DNA of 63,504 nucleotides, counting the filler, from Stramenopiles sp. TOSAG23-3 (taxonomy: Eukaryota), in assembly GCA_900128585.1 (NCBI GenBank). It is 9 parts of 9 records of this genome, joined end to end, with 100 filler letters (N's around TTAATTAATTAA, not from the genome) between each part and the next. Parts side by side here need not be neighbours in the genome. Positions count along the whole stretch, not along the records: positions 15,609 to 23,307 come from LT643114.1; positions 23,408 to 31,099 come from LT643115.1; 7 more parts are not named here. The stretch is one strand, 5' to 3'. Under the pieces are notes generated by a model that saw only the letters and a list, made by a program, of their open reading frames with translations, did no database searches and had not been told where the DNA came from. Both the position numbers and the translations under genes were made by a program. This document shows, one piece after another, positions 20,017 through 31,199 of the stretch (position 1 is its first letter; the number at the start of each line of letters is the position of its first letter).

Positions 20017-21258
20017 CTATTTGCGGTACTTGCCGTCCCAGTCCTTTCGGTTATACTCTATGCCACGGCGAGCGCAGATGTCCATGACTACCAAATCACT
20101 ATCGATCCTTTCCAGCGCAGCCTCCTCTGCTATTCTTGGAACCTCTTCTGGGCGGATCAGGCCTTTGGCGGCGCCTGAGGCCAACCGCTGTTGCAGCGTT
20201 GCCTTCTGAAACCCCCTTTCCAATTCCATTTCGTTGACAAGGGTCTTTTTAATCATCTCTGCGTCCCGCCCATATACCCCCGCGCTTTCGTCCAACTCCA
20301 AGAACAGGGCCATGGCTCGAACTTCCATGCTCTCCCGAGCAGGCCGCTCTTTCGATACCGTGACGTCGGAGAACGCTGAGTGAAAGCAGAAGCGTGCCCG
20401 GGCCTCGCTCGTGTCGCTGTCAAATTGGGTGAAAAGAAGGACTTCATCCTTTCTCATGTGTGGAAAATAGTACCATCGGTGCCTGTCCACGTTCTTTGTC
20501 GTCATCCTATACTGCTCGGCACAGTGGCCGGAGGCGCCCCCGAGTCCATCGGTGCAGACCGCCCCCGCCTTTATGGGCACGTCGTACCGAACAAAATCCT
20601 TTTCCGTATCCACCGTTTCTGTGTCACAAACGCATAACGTGTTGTTGTAGATGGGGTGGACGTCGTTCGTGTTTCGCCAGCAGTTGATGAGCATGTAGCG
20701 AACCTTAACATTATCCGGGATACCTTTCGTTTTGTAGAATTTTTCTACACTTTTCTTGGCACAGTAGTCCGAGTGAACGACGGACGCGTACCCGGCGACC
20801 TTCCCCCCTGCAAATGCGTTGTTCCTCAGCTTTTCTGCTTTTTTTGAATTGTTACGAACTTGGTGTGCAAAGACGAAGACTTTGTCCGCACCGGTGGCGC
20901 GTTTTATCGCTTCTTCCATTTCGTCGTAATACACTGTTTCCCTCAGGTACTTGCTCTCTCGCTTGTAAAAGTCACTGTTCTTGAGTTTGGTCGGCGCGTG
21001 CACCAGCGTAAACCCATTTCTCTTCAAGGTTAACGTCCCGTCCTCTACGAATGGTCGCGCGTTGCGAATTGCTACATTTACCGGAATTTTCCGCTCCGTG
21101 TCCCGGGAATCGGTATAATTGAGAACGACTTGCTTGTCCATCTTTGCGGCCGCCATCTTCCTATCCTTGTCCCGACCCGATTCTGCCACCTGGTACTGCA
21201 GCGCAAGCTGAAAGTCTATTTCTTCCTGCTCCGAACGACTTGGGTGAAGCGCGGCCAT
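20017..21258 (-). CDS. AsaB/CmcJ/NvfI-family Fe(II)/2-oxoglutarate-type oxygenase
   Basis: IRNARP..TLKRNGFTL, YYDE..IKRATGA, VHSDY (HxD), INCWR, HRWYYFPHMRKDEVLLFTQFDS, FHSAF and RESMEVR motifs. Confidence 0.85.
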   Translation of the reverse strand: MAALHPSRSEQEEIDFQLALQYQVAESGRDKDRKMAAAKMDKQVVLNYTDSRDTERKIPVNVAIRNARPFVEDGTLTLKRNGFTLVHAPTKLKNSDFYKRESKYLRETVYYDEMEEAIKRATGADKVFVFAHQVRNNSKKAEKLRNNAFAGGKVAGYASVVHSDYCAKKSVEKFYKTKGIPDNVKVRYMLINCWRNTNDVHPIYNNTLCVCDTETVDTEKDFVRYDVPIKAGAVCTDGLGGASGHCAEQYRMTTKNVDRHRWYYFPHMRKDEVLLFTQFDSDTSEARARFCFHSAFSDVTVSKERPARESMEVRAMALFLELDESAGVYGRDAEMIKKTLVNEMELERGFQKATLQQRLASGAAKGLIRPEEVPRIAEEAALERIDSDLVVMDICARRGIEYNRKDWDGKYRK

Positions 21259-21793
21259 CTTGTGGTGGGATGGTGCGGGGGGACAAAGTTTAATCTTTCG
21301 AGAAGAAACTGTAAGAAGAAAGTTCGTTTGTATGTGTAGATAGTATATCTCTGTTATCTATATACGTGCTTGGTTTCATAATTATATTGCACTATTCTGA
21401 AAAGAACATTCTCTCTATATATATACTTCAAGTTCAAAGTATATGTACCTACTTCAAAAAAGACAACCGGCGTCGTTCGAACGAGGAGGAGGTTGTTTGT
21501 GTGGTGCGTGATCGCATCATCATAATTTTATCTACATGCTGCTATTTGTATATATATATAAATTATAATAATATTATTTATAAACAAAATGAATGAAAAA
21601 AATGAAACTAACACCTCCCGGTTGTTTTTTTCTCCATATCTTTTACATAGTCACACCATTATAAATCATCATCAATCCGATAAAAAAAAACACTGATGAT
21701 CAACAAACAAAACATCAACCTCTTCTTCTTCCTCCTTTCTATTTGTTTTTACCTGCCTGATGCTTCTTCTTTCTTCTCTCTTCTCTCTTCTCT

Positions 21794-21863
21794 CTTCTTC
21801 TTCTTCTTCTTCTTCTTCTTCTTCTTCTTCTTCTTCTTCTTCTTCTTCTTCTTCTTCTTCTTC
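21794..21863. repeat. (CTT)n microsatellite
   Basis: Perfect CTT array. Similar arrays at 23200-23307, 40309-40460 and 46582-46663. Confidence 0.95.
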
Positions 21864-22169
21864 TATAATAGTCGTTCTATTAATAGTACCGTACCTCCTT
21901 GGAAATTAATTAATATTATTTATTAATTATTATTTATGATGATGATGTTTGAAATATTAATTATACTATACGTGTTTAAAACATGTGATTGATAAAAGAA
22001 TTGTTAACGAAAGAAAAAGGATATCATGTGACAAGCATATTGTTCGTAAGTAGCAGCATATGATATACACGCGTATGCATTTATTATTAAACCCCGCCCC
22101 CCATTTTTTTTAAACAAAAGGTCGAATCACACCGGCATATCGTCCGTCAAACTTCAACCGTAATAAAAT

Positions 22170-22955
22170 ATGATGAGCAAACGGGACGTCCTTCGCCAAG
22201 TGGCCGAGGAGTTGAACCAGTTGAAAACTGAAACAGAGAGAAATCATCGCATGTTTTTAACAAGGATAACAAATCTGCAGCGGATTGTTACAAAGCTTGC
22301 GGGCGACAACGTGGGTGGTCGTTCGACCCCACCCCAGGCGCCTCAGCGCATGGCCTCCCCACTCGTGCCTCAGAGTGCTTCCCCCTCCGTGCCTGCGCGA
22401 GACCCTGCTGTGGAAGCCGCGGCAAGGGAAGCTGCACGTAGGGAGCGATTGCAAAAAGAAATGCTGCGGCGCGAGAAGGAAGAAGAAGAGCGCAGGCTAG
22501 CCGAAGAGGAGCGGCGGATCGCAGAGGAGAAAAGACTTGCGGAGGAGAGAAGAATCGCGGAGGAAAAGCGGATCGCAGAGGAGAAAAGAATCGCGGAAGA
22601 AAAGAGAATCGCGGAGGAAAAGCGAATCGAAAAGGAGAGAAAACAGAAAGAGCTCAAGAAGAAATCAAAGGCCATTATGGCCGAAATGTTCGCTGGGGAA
22701 GAGGACGACAGCAGTGGACTCTTTGGGACTGCGCCAACGTCTGGAGACAACTTGTTCGACGATGACAGTGACGACGACAACGATGTTTTTTCCTCCGCGG
22801 CAAAGAGAATGTCCACCGAGGGTTCTTCAGGCACGAAAAAAGAAAGCGGGGGAGGAGGTCTCTTTGATGATGTTCCAACTGGCTCCGGCGGAGGCGGAGG
22901 GGGGTTGTTTGGAGAGGCAGACGGGAGCAACGATGAGGATGATCTGTTTTCCTGA
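22170..22955 (+). CDS. Coiled-coil protein with EEKRIA repeats and an acidic Leu-Phe (LFa-like) tail
   Basis: 261-aa ORF; 18-bp EEKRIA tandem repeat; tail motifs GLFG, NLFDDDSDDDNDVF, GLFDD, DEDDLFS. Confidence 0.75.
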   Translation: MMSKRDVLRQVAEELNQLKTETERNHRMFLTRITNLQRIVTKLAGDNVGGRSTPPQAPQRMASPLVPQSASPSVPARDPAVEAAAREAARRERLQKEMLRREKEEEERRLAEEERRIAEEKRLAEERRIAEEKRIAEEKRIAEEKRIAEEKRIEKERKQKELKKKSKAIMAEMFAGEEDDSSGLFGTAPTSGDNLFDDDSDDDNDVFSSAAKRMSTEGSSGTKKESGGGGLFDDVPTGSGGGGGGLFGEADGSNDEDDLFS

Positions 22956-23493
22956 ACTAAGTACATCGCTAATATTACCATATATGTATTTTTAATAATT
23001 CATTTCTATTACTCGTTATAATATACGTATTTTTTAATTATTATTTTTTTACACAGACGACGACTGACACCACACACCACCACCACAACATAATTATAAA
23101 TAATATAATAATAATACGAAATTCCCTCCTTCTTCTTCCTGTTGTTGGTATATAATATTAATTTACAACAACAACCAACCAACCTTCGTTCGTTCTTCGT
23201 TCTTCTTCTTCTTCTTCTTCTTCTTCTACTTCTTCTTCTTCTTCTTCTTCTTTCTTCTTCTTCTTCTTCTTCTTCTTCTTCTTCTTCTTCTTCTTCTTCT
23301 TCTTCTTNNNNNNNNNNNNNNNNNNNNNNNNNNNNNNNNNNNNNNNNNNNNTTAATTAATTAANNNNNNNNNNNNNNNNNNNNNNNNNNNNNNNNNNNNN
23401 NNNNNNNTCGTTGTCTGTTGTACTGCTCTATGAAATAATGATCGGTATTGAGTTTGATCGTTTCGGGTTCGTATACACATACAGATCTTAAGA

Positions 23494-23693
23494 TTAAAAA
23501 CGAGAAAATTGGCTGTTATTTAAGTAATTAAAACAAAATTATGGCTGTTCTTTAAGCAATTAAGAGCTTAAGCAGCTTTAAACTTACAAAGGCTACTTTC
23601 TGTAAAAAGCGAGTTTAATTCTATGTTATTATGAGAGGAAGCTAAATTTAATTATATTTACTTAAATAACAGCCAATTTTCTTGCTTTTTTAA
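23494..23693. repeat. Dispersed modular repeat, copy 2 (inverted pair, MITE-like)
   Basis: TTAAAAACGAGAAAATTGGCTGTTATTTAAGTAA ... TTACTTAAATAACAGCCAATTTTCTTGCTTTTTTAA. Confidence 0.8.
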
Positions 23694-23914
23694 TTCTATG
23701 TTTGAAGAAAGCAAAAATTGACAATCCATTGATGTTGCCATCTAATAAATTTCAAAAATGTAAGTAGTCTAAAGCGTTGAAACAATTTGAAAATAACGTT
23801 CTGCTTCATTAAGTGTAAACTTGCATCTCTTTTGTTTTTCTCAGCGAACCTTTCAACCAAAGATCAAAACAGAAACAAACACCCATGCAAGAAGTGGAAA
23901 TTACAATATTTGCT

Positions 23915-25192
23915 TCACAGTTCCACGCCCCTACCATCCTTATCCTCGACCAGAGCCCATACGGTCGATTCAATGTCTCCCCCCCTGTCGTCGTCTTGTT
24001 CTTCGGCAGCGATGAGATAACTTGTGCCTTTTATCGAAAAACTTTCCATGTCAGTCGCCCCCAAAGTGGGCATTTCTTGAACTTTGGTCAGTTTTACCTG
24101 CTCCACATCAAACGCATAAAGCTGCGATGTAGTCCTGTATTTGTTCGTCTTGCGATCGCCAAGGTTCGCCACCGCAAGAAAATATTTAGAATCGTTTGCA
24201 GAAACGCTCGTTGCGAAAAATTCTGCAGCGTGAGCCCCATGAGTAAAAACCTTTTGCCGCGACACAAAACGACCACTCAAAAATCCATTACCCATTCCCG
24301 GAACCATCCCTTGCCTCCATTCAAACAGTTCAGAATGTTGGTACGTGCTGCTCTCATCTTTATCGTTCGAAAAGAAAGCAAAATGCCTGTTCCCTGCCAC
24401 AGTCAATGTCTCCACGTCGTGAGCACCAACGGTCCCTATATCATGGTGGAAGACGAAGGAGTCAGACTTTTGGTTGAAGTAAAACACACCCGACCTTGTG
24501 TGCCAGCCTCGCTGCTTGGTCACGTAGCTTGAAGCAAGCAATAAGTGGTGTCCTCCTATTGTACAAGTGGCCATCGCCCCCACACCCGGAAATAATAAAC
24601 GTTGCCACAGTACAAAGCGTTCATTTGGGAACGCCCCTTCTATAACATAAAGTGCCGCGATTCCCAAGTTAAATTCCGCAATTCCAAGAACACGCCTCGG
24701 CGGTTCGCCCTGTTTCACCGCTGGGATCGTAAACGATTCGATCGACCCAGCCCCGTCACTTTTCATTCGCTGGATTTCTTCAAACTTCAAAGAACTTCGG
24801 GACCAACGGTAGACAACGGAATCGCCCCCATAATAATTGGGTATAGCAATGTACGACTCGTTATTGCGAGTGAAAAATTCTACCCCGTGAGCTCCAACCG
24901 TTTGCAAAGAGTTGATTCTCTTAAACCGTAATTTGTTGCTGTTTTTTGATTTTCTGACCCGGTAAACAACCGACGTTGTTTTCATAGACGGGTTCCGACC
25001 CGGACTCGACGTAAAAAAGTTTGCTGACGCGACGTAATCTTTACCATCTATTTGAAAATGTTCAAAGCCAGCCGCACCCCGCGTTTTGATCTTTCCAACC
25101 TTTTCTACCCGAAAAGACACCCCATCTGCTACCATGACAGAGACGCAAACCAACAGAAATGGAAACATAGCCCGAAACGTTAACACATGCAC
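23915..25192 (-). CDS. Secreted EPTP/EAR-repeat beta-propeller protein
   Basis: Signal peptide; about 7 repeats of F...Q.(L/I).T.GA..(V/M)E.F..........LA.AN; ends in GVEL. Confidence 0.8.
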   Translation of the reverse strand: MHVLTFRAMFPFLLVCVSVMVADGVSFRVEKVGKIKTRGAAGFEHFQIDGKDYVASANFFTSSPGRNPSMKTTSVVYRVRKSKNSNKLRFKRINSLQTVGAHGVEFFTRNNESYIAIPNYYGGDSVVYRWSRSSLKFEEIQRMKSDGAGSIESFTIPAVKQGEPPRRVLGIAEFNLGIAALYVIEGAFPNERFVLWQRLLFPGVGAMATCTIGGHHLLLASSYVTKQRGWHTRSGVFYFNQKSDSFVFHHDIGTVGAHDVETLTVAGNRHFAFFSNDKDESSTYQHSELFEWRQGMVPGMGNGFLSGRFVSRQKVFTHGAHAAEFFATSVSANDSKYFLAVANLGDRKTNKYRTTSQLYAFDVEQVKLTKVQEMPTLGATDMESFSIKGTSYLIAAEEQDDDRGGDIESTVWALVEDKDGRGVEL

Positions 25193-25522
25193 TCCAGATT
25201 TTATTAAAAACGTTTGTCGAGGTGGTCGGTTAATCCATAGTGCGGTCCTTTACTAGTCGTTCTTTATGTGGTGCCATCAATCGTGTCAAAATATAACCGG
25301 GCCCTTCATCTGCCCCACTTTTCGGGGACCACACTATCTTCTGTGATAATATAGTGTGCTGTGATTGAGATTGAGATGATGATAATGTTCTACGTGTATA
25401 CTACCAAGTATAATATTCTTCTTCTTCTTCTACTACACTCTCTCTCCTTTGCGCTGAGGGAAAAAGGAGAAGTTAGGTATTATTGTTTTCATAATATGAT
25501 AGTAGTATAATTCTGATTTCTC

Positions 25523-26548
25523 TTACCCTTCTTTTTTATATTCCCACGTACGAAGAAGGAACAAGACGGAGGCAACGTAAGCAATGGCGTACTTGGAATC
25601 CCTGCGAAACTGAGTTTTTGTGTAAGCCGGGGATGCCAAGAACCCACGTTTGCTCAGTTTGTCCTTTTGGTTGTCGTTGACGCTGTCCTCTATGTCCGCG
25701 TGGGTCTGTGCGTCGCTCGAGTCTGCTGGTCGGCTGGGGGAAACCATCGTCCATATGCCTACCAAGGCGGAGCAGCACTGGCCCAGGTCTGAGCTGAAAA
25801 AGAGAAAGTCCCGGGCGTGGCGCATCATGTTTCCTTTCCCGCCGAAGAGGTTGTCCCATATGTTGTCCGACATCCCTTGCCACAAATGCTGGAGGGCGTG
25901 GCAGAAAATAAACCAATAGGCCATGACAATGAGGGGGCGCTGGCCCGGCAGGCTTTGGTTCCCCCTTTCGTCTTCAACTTTGCTGCTGTCCTGGAACCGG
26001 AAGGCGAGGAACGCGTTCCCGAGCTCCGTAACGGTAAAGTACAGCTGAGAGTACCACATCGCGTCGAAGCGGTCGTTCATGTACCCAAACCCGGCCCAAA
26101 ACCCGTAAAAAATGGGGTACACCGTGCAAAGCAAGCAGAAGGTCGGGATCCACCGCAACTTCCCGTGGTACAAGAGCGTAAAAAACTGCACAAGGGCTGT
26201 GTTCGACATTGTCCAGAAAACCATCGTCCACGCAAAAAGCTGCCCCGTCGTCCTGTCCAAGTTGAACCAAATGCTCTTGTAGTGGCCAAGGGAATACCCA
26301 CTTTTGAAGCGTCCGTCCCAGCAAAAATTCTGACACCCCCGTCGATTCATGGGCTTCTCCGTCCACTGCGTCGACTGCAGTGTGACCGGCACAAACCCTA
26401 TATTTTTCTCCTCTTTCTCTGCCCAGACGTCCTGGTGAAAGAAGTTGAATATTAAGATTAGTATAATCGGGATCCCCGATATCTTCAGAAAGTAAAAGGC
26501 GAGTTTCACCACTTCATTCCTCAAAATGTTTGGAGAACTCGCTGCCAT
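25523..26548 (-). CDS. Hypothetical multi-pass membrane protein
   Basis: 341-aa ORF with 6-7 hydrophobic, aromatic-rich helices; no family recognised. Confidence 0.7.
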   Translation of the reverse strand: MAASSPNILRNEVVKLAFYFLKISGIPIILILIFNFFHQDVWAEKEEKNIGFVPVTLQSTQWTEKPMNRRGCQNFCWDGRFKSGYSLGHYKSIWFNLDRTTGQLFAWTMVFWTMSNTALVQFFTLLYHGKLRWIPTFCLLCTVYPIFYGFWAGFGYMNDRFDAMWYSQLYFTVTELGNAFLAFRFQDSSKVEDERGNQSLPGQRPLIVMAYWFIFCHALQHLWQGMSDNIWDNLFGGKGNMMRHARDFLFFSSDLGQCCSALVGIWTMVSPSRPADSSDAQTHADIEDSVNDNQKDKLSKRGFLASPAYTKTQFRRDSKYAIAYVASVLFLLRTWEYKKEG

Positions 26549-27403
26549 GGTTGGTAGAGGTAAGCTGGAAACGTAGAGCTAAGGTGGAATGGATGGTAGA
26601 GGTAAGCTGGAATTTCTCAGTTGTGACGAGGACAATCTCAACTTCGGCAGGTACATCCTAAGCTGTGACCAACGAGGGGATGCGGTCGCCCTTCCATAAA
26701 CAGGGGCGGGGCACCCCTGTGGAGTATACTCCGTCGCGAGGAGGAGTGGGGGGGCGGCGGGGCAGCCTTTGCCTGTTCTTCTTCTTCTGTCTTCTTCTTC
26801 TTCTTTCTGCTGGGTACCAATACTATAATACCAAACCGTGCTTCTATTAACACCATCCTATTCACTACGTACGTAGCACGTAGCAGTCGTTCTTCTCATA
26901 TTATTATTATGTTGTACTTAAAAAGCATCCATTGCTATTTAGACTGTGTCAATGTAATATAAAGGTTTATTAGACTATTAGAGAGAGATTACTAGAATCT
27001 CTACCGAATGAATGGAAGAATGGCTCATCCTCTCATTTTCTATAATATTTTCTATATTTTTTTAATATATTTCATTTTTTCATTATATTTTGATAGGATA
27101 GTAAATGTATAATTTAATTGTATTGTAATAATTATACTTATTTTTTGTGCCCGACTAAGCTGATTGGCCAATACCAAATAAAAAAATATTAAAAACAGTT
27201 TGGAGGCGCGGTCGGTTGCGTTGGTTGTTCACATAAGTTTATTATATTGCATTTTTTGTAATAACTCACATCACCTTGCTCGTATTATAATACTATTAAA
27301 TAAAGAAATGAAACGAACGGTCCCAAGACAAAGAAGTAGAAAAATATGCAAAGTCATAGGTTGCCACTATTTCATTTCTCCGCGTTCAGTTTCAAGGCTT
27401 ACT

Positions 27404-28870
27404 ATGTGTGCTCGGTTCATTCCCGCGGCAACCGCTAGTCTTAGAAAGGAAGCGGAACAGATTTTTTCCAGCGCTGTCGCTGCAGCACAGCCTTATGCCG
27501 CCGTCTCTTCAAGGCTTTCCTTGGACAATGATATTTTGACGGTTAAAAGATCGTTCGGGGCGCAGAGGGGTGGAGACGCGGAGGAATTGCTGATCAACAT
27601 GAGGGATTTTGAGCGAGTGCAGATAGTTGGCTTTGGAAAGGCAACGCCCCAAATGGCGGCGGCATGTCGGCATATATTTTCCAACCTTCCAAATGTAGAT
27701 ATCGAAGGTCATATTGTTACTAAGCACGATCACGCACACGGGGCAGATTTAGGCGATGGGGAAAACGGCAGCGAGGCGTCTATTTCCTGGACGGAAGCCT
27801 CGCACCCAATCCCTTGCCAATCGGGAGTAGAGGGCACGGAAAAAATTGTCGAGTTGCTGGAGGGGGCGGGCGAGAACACGCTGTGCGTCGTATGCGTGTC
27901 GGGGGGCGGGTCGGCGTTGTTGGTTCGCCCGGCAGAGGGTATAACCCTAGGGGATCTCCAAGCAACGAACAAGGCGCTTTTAAATTGTGGAGCCACCATT
28001 CAAGAAACCAACGCGTTTCGAAAGCATTTGTCGATCGTCAAAGGAGGGCAATTGTCGCGGATCGCTCAACCTGCAACGGTAATTTCGTTGATATTGTCGG
28101 ACGTCATTGGCGACCCCTTGGATGTGATTGCATCTGGGCCCACGGTGCCCGACCTTAGTACTTTTTCGGACTGCCTGTCTCTCGTCGAAAAATATAGCCT
28201 TAAAGACCACCTCCCTTCTCCCGTTTTGCAGCGTTTGCGTCTTGGCGAGAAGAAAGAAATCCCGGAGACGGCCAAGCCGGGCGACTCGTGCTTCGAGAAG
28301 AGCCATACTTGCTTAATTGGGAATAATGCTATGGCGGTCGACGCGGCCGAGAAGCGTGCGAGGGAACTCGGTTTCGACACATTGGTATTGTCTTCCAGTG
28401 TGGAGGGGGAAGCCCGGGAGGTGGGAAAACTATTTACGAGCATAATGCGGGAGGTTGTCATGTTCGGTCGCCCATTGCCTGCGGCGCCTGGATGCTGCAT
28501 CATTGCGGGCGGGGAAACGACGGTGACCATAAAGGGAGACGGCAAAGGCGGCAGAAACCAGGAAATGGCCCTTGCAGCCGCAAAAGGATTGAGTGACATG
28601 AATGTTTCAGAAGAGGGTTTCGAATGCGCTTTTCTTGCGGGTGGGACGGATGGAACAGACGGCCCAACTGATGCCGCGGGGGGAATTGTGGACCAAAACA
28701 CAACGAGCAGGGCCCAGGCAAAGGGCTTAAACATCGACGAATACTTAAACAGGAATGATTCGTACAACTTTTTTAGCAAACTTGGCGATGGGCTTATAAA
28801 AACTGGCCCAACAGGAACAAATGTAGCAGACATTTCCCTGATGATGGTTAAAACGACGAAACCTCTGTAA
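27404..28870 (+). CDS. GLYCTK: Glycerate 2-kinase (MOFRL/GLYCTK family)
   Basis: GFGKA, EASHPIP, SGGGSAL, RKHLSIVKGG, SDVIGD..IASGPT, GGETTV..GKGGRNQE, GTDGTDGPT and TGPTGTNVAD motifs; likely ATG at 27404. Confidence 0.93.
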   Translation: MCARFIPAATASLRKEAEQIFSSAVAAAQPYAAVSSRLSLDNDILTVKRSFGAQRGGDAEELLINMRDFERVQIVGFGKATPQMAAACRHIFSNLPNVDIEGHIVTKHDHAHGADLGDGENGSEASISWTEASHPIPCQSGVEGTEKIVELLEGAGENTLCVVCVSGGGSALLVRPAEGITLGDLQATNKALLNCGATIQETNAFRKHLSIVKGGQLSRIAQPATVISLILSDVIGDPLDVIASGPTVPDLSTFSDCLSLVEKYSLKDHLPSPVLQRLRLGEKKEIPETAKPGDSCFEKSHTCLIGNNAMAVDAAEKRARELGFDTLVLSSSVEGEAREVGKLFTSIMREVVMFGRPLPAAPGCCIIAGGETTVTIKGDGKGGRNQEMALAAAKGLSDMNVSEEGFECAFLAGGTDGTDGPTDAAGGIVDQNTTSRAQAKGLNIDEYLNRNDSYNFFSKLGDGLIKTGPTGTNVADISLMMVKTTKPL

Positions 28871-28896
28871 GATATTTTTGGTACTTATAGTCAGTG

Positions 28897-29112
28897 TAAA
28901 AAACAAAAAAATGGCTGCTATTTAAGCTTGAAGTACTAAAAGTGTTTTAGTACTTTTTGTTCTAATATTTAATTTTATAAAATTTCTAGATTTTTCAGTT
29001 CGCAGTACTTTAATTACTTAAATAACAGCCGATTTTCTTGTTTTTAAAATAATTAAAATTTATCTTCCTCATGTATTATACCGCGAAAATGAATCTGCTC
29101 TTTTTGTCCATT
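28897..29112. repeat. Dispersed modular repeat, copy 3 (inverted pair plus CCGCGAAAATGAATCT module)
   Basis: ATGGCTGCTATTTAAG ... TAATTACTTAAATAACAGCCGATTTTCTTG ... TACCGCGAAAATGAATCTGCTCTTTTTGTCCATT. Confidence 0.8.
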
Positions 29113-29339
29113 CTATAATCAAGCCCAATATGAAAAAACCAAAATATATAGTAAATAATATATCTTATGTTAACATAAATTTTATTAAAAAACAATTATA
29201 AAAAAAAACAAATTATTAGTATGCTTTAAAAAAAATTATATATGTAAAAATTAAACAATATTAACGATGGTGTGGTGAATTACAATTTTAATCGGTAACA
29301 CGCCACATTGTTTCCCTCTAGGAGGCATGAAATGCCACT

Positions 29340-30611
29340 TCAATCACTTTCTGTACCTGCGCTAGCAGCAAGCAAGCCGTCCAGGTTAGCATCTTGCTTG
29401 GAAACGACTTTGATGCAGTAACGAACAGTCTTGGAGCGGAGCATCGAGTAAGAATTATCAAATGTAATGACAAGGGTACCTGCAAGCGGAGCTACCCAGT
29501 TTCCGGTTATCCTCCCCTCCGTTGCATTAACTTTTCTACTTTCGAATAATGTAAGCTCAGGCCCATCATTGATAATTTTTGCGTTCATAATAACGTTTTT
29601 ATTCTCAACTTTCACCAAGTAGGCGATCATGGTGCCTGCTTCACTAATCCTTAACCGGCATTCGTTGGACGTCCTTGACGGGATCGTTATAGTCACAGTG
29701 TCCGCCTGGCGCTGTTTGGTGTGGCTTAACGCTTTCGTAGTATCGAAGTTTCCGCCGAGAAAATCTGGAATATTTTCCTTGTCCACATTGACCAGGCTGG
29801 ACAGTTCACCAGTATCCGCTGGGTCTGCCCCGTGCCCTAGCAGAGGGTGCAACGTTATCTTCGACAACGACCGCTCCGACATGAACAACTTCAGAATTTT
29901 CCATATCCAATTGAAGACCGAAGGCAAGTTGATCACGATAGTCTTCAACAAGAACTGTGGGTACAAATCGGAGGAGATGTTGGAAGAGTCCCCTAACGCT
30001 TTTGCAAATCGTTTGTCCGCATCACCAGAAAACACGGACATCCCGTACAAATCTACAACCGTTACCGTCTTCACCAACTTCCGCGTTTCCCGGGTCAACC
30101 GGTCACATATTTGAAAGTCGTCTTCGCGTGTAAACAAGCAGAATTGCTGCACCTTTTCGAAAGGGTGGTCGTCCATCAAAGCTTTTGTTGAGCTGTGATC
30201 AACGACGACAAAATTTATCGGACCTTTGTTTTTCTGGAACGACCGGAATACGCCCATGTAAGACCTCCAGGTGTCGTCAAAAGGAGCTTTTTTGGTTTCT
30301 TGAATTTGCTTCAAAATGTCAGCGTTTTCCTCCCTCCACGCTACAGTCCTCCGAATGCTACCTTCCGCTAGGTCAAGGCCTTTTTCAGAGTTTGGGTTCT
30401 TTGCATTAGAGAGCAAATACCGAAGCAGAAATATGTCGTCATATTTTGTGCCCGCCCCTTCGGGTCGATCAGCCAGCACGTCTCCCAACCGTTCCCTCAA
30501 CGTATCTAGGTTTTTGCGGTGCACGTCCATCAGGTCATCGATTTCTCCGCGCTTTGGGATAGCCGCTCTTCCTGGAGAGGACGGCGGCTTTTTCTCTGCA
30601 AGAGAGGCCAT
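29340..30611 (-). CDS. SEC14-like CRAL-TRIO lipid-transfer protein with C-terminal GOLD domain
   Basis: DDIFLLRYL, YPQFLLKTIVINLP..W..LK.F, IPDFLGG; GOLD motif GTLVITFDNSYSMLRSKTVRY. Confidence 0.9.
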   Translation of the reverse strand: MASLAEKKPPSSPGRAAIPKRGEIDDLMDVHRKNLDTLRERLGDVLADRPEGAGTKYDDIFLLRYLLSNAKNPNSEKGLDLAEGSIRRTVAWREENADILKQIQETKKAPFDDTWRSYMGVFRSFQKNKGPINFVVVDHSSTKALMDDHPFEKVQQFCLFTREDDFQICDRLTRETRKLVKTVTVVDLYGMSVFSGDADKRFAKALGDSSNISSDLYPQFLLKTIVINLPSVFNWIWKILKLFMSERSLSKITLHPLLGHGADPADTGELSSLVNVDKENIPDFLGGNFDTTKALSHTKQRQADTVTITIPSRTSNECRLRISEAGTMIAYLVKVENKNVIMNAKIINDGPELTLFESRKVNATEGRITGNWVAPLAGTLVITFDNSYSMLRSKTVRYCIKVVSKQDANLDGLLAASAGTESD

Positions 30612-31199
30612 GGATAAGAGTTTCAAACAACGATTTAAAATTGGTCTACAAGCCGTTCAATGTACACAATCTTTCCATTGTGCATGAAAATACTTTTTTT
30701 AACTTTTGTCTTGGTACATGCTAGTATACATATCAAATAATCCTTTCCTTCATTGTAATTATAAATACATATATATTAAATGGAATATTTCACTCCTCCT
30801 CTCTTCTTCTTCTTTTTTCGTTAGTCGTCCTCCGTCACTCTTCTCGTATATCCTCTCCTCGTTTTATACTTCTTTTTAACTATATTATTGTTACCTATAT
30901 ATAATAATATAATAAGACTGTATAATATCAACCAATTACCTTCTTCTCATATATTACGTAATAAAAATATTTGAAATATTCGTTCTTTTTATAAAAACTA
31001 GAAGAAGTTAGATAATAAACGGAAACTATTAACATAAACACAGCGTTTGTTTTGACATATTTTTTCACATCAATGTACTTCTAACTTCTATCCTCAACTN
31101 NNNNNNNNNNNNNNNNNNNNNNNNNNNNNNNNNNNNNNNNNNNTTAATTAATTAANNNNNNNNNNNNNNNNNNNNNNNNNNNNNNNNNNNNNNNNNNNN

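Noticed and set aside
22500-22630. Regularly spaced repeats resembling a CRISPR array
   Set aside because: 18-bp coding tandem repeat (EEKRIA) with no spacers; eukaryotic context.
26549-26612. Direct repeat TGGTAGAGGTAAGCTGGAA upstream of the membrane-protein gene
   Set aside because: Two copies of a short local duplication with no further structure.
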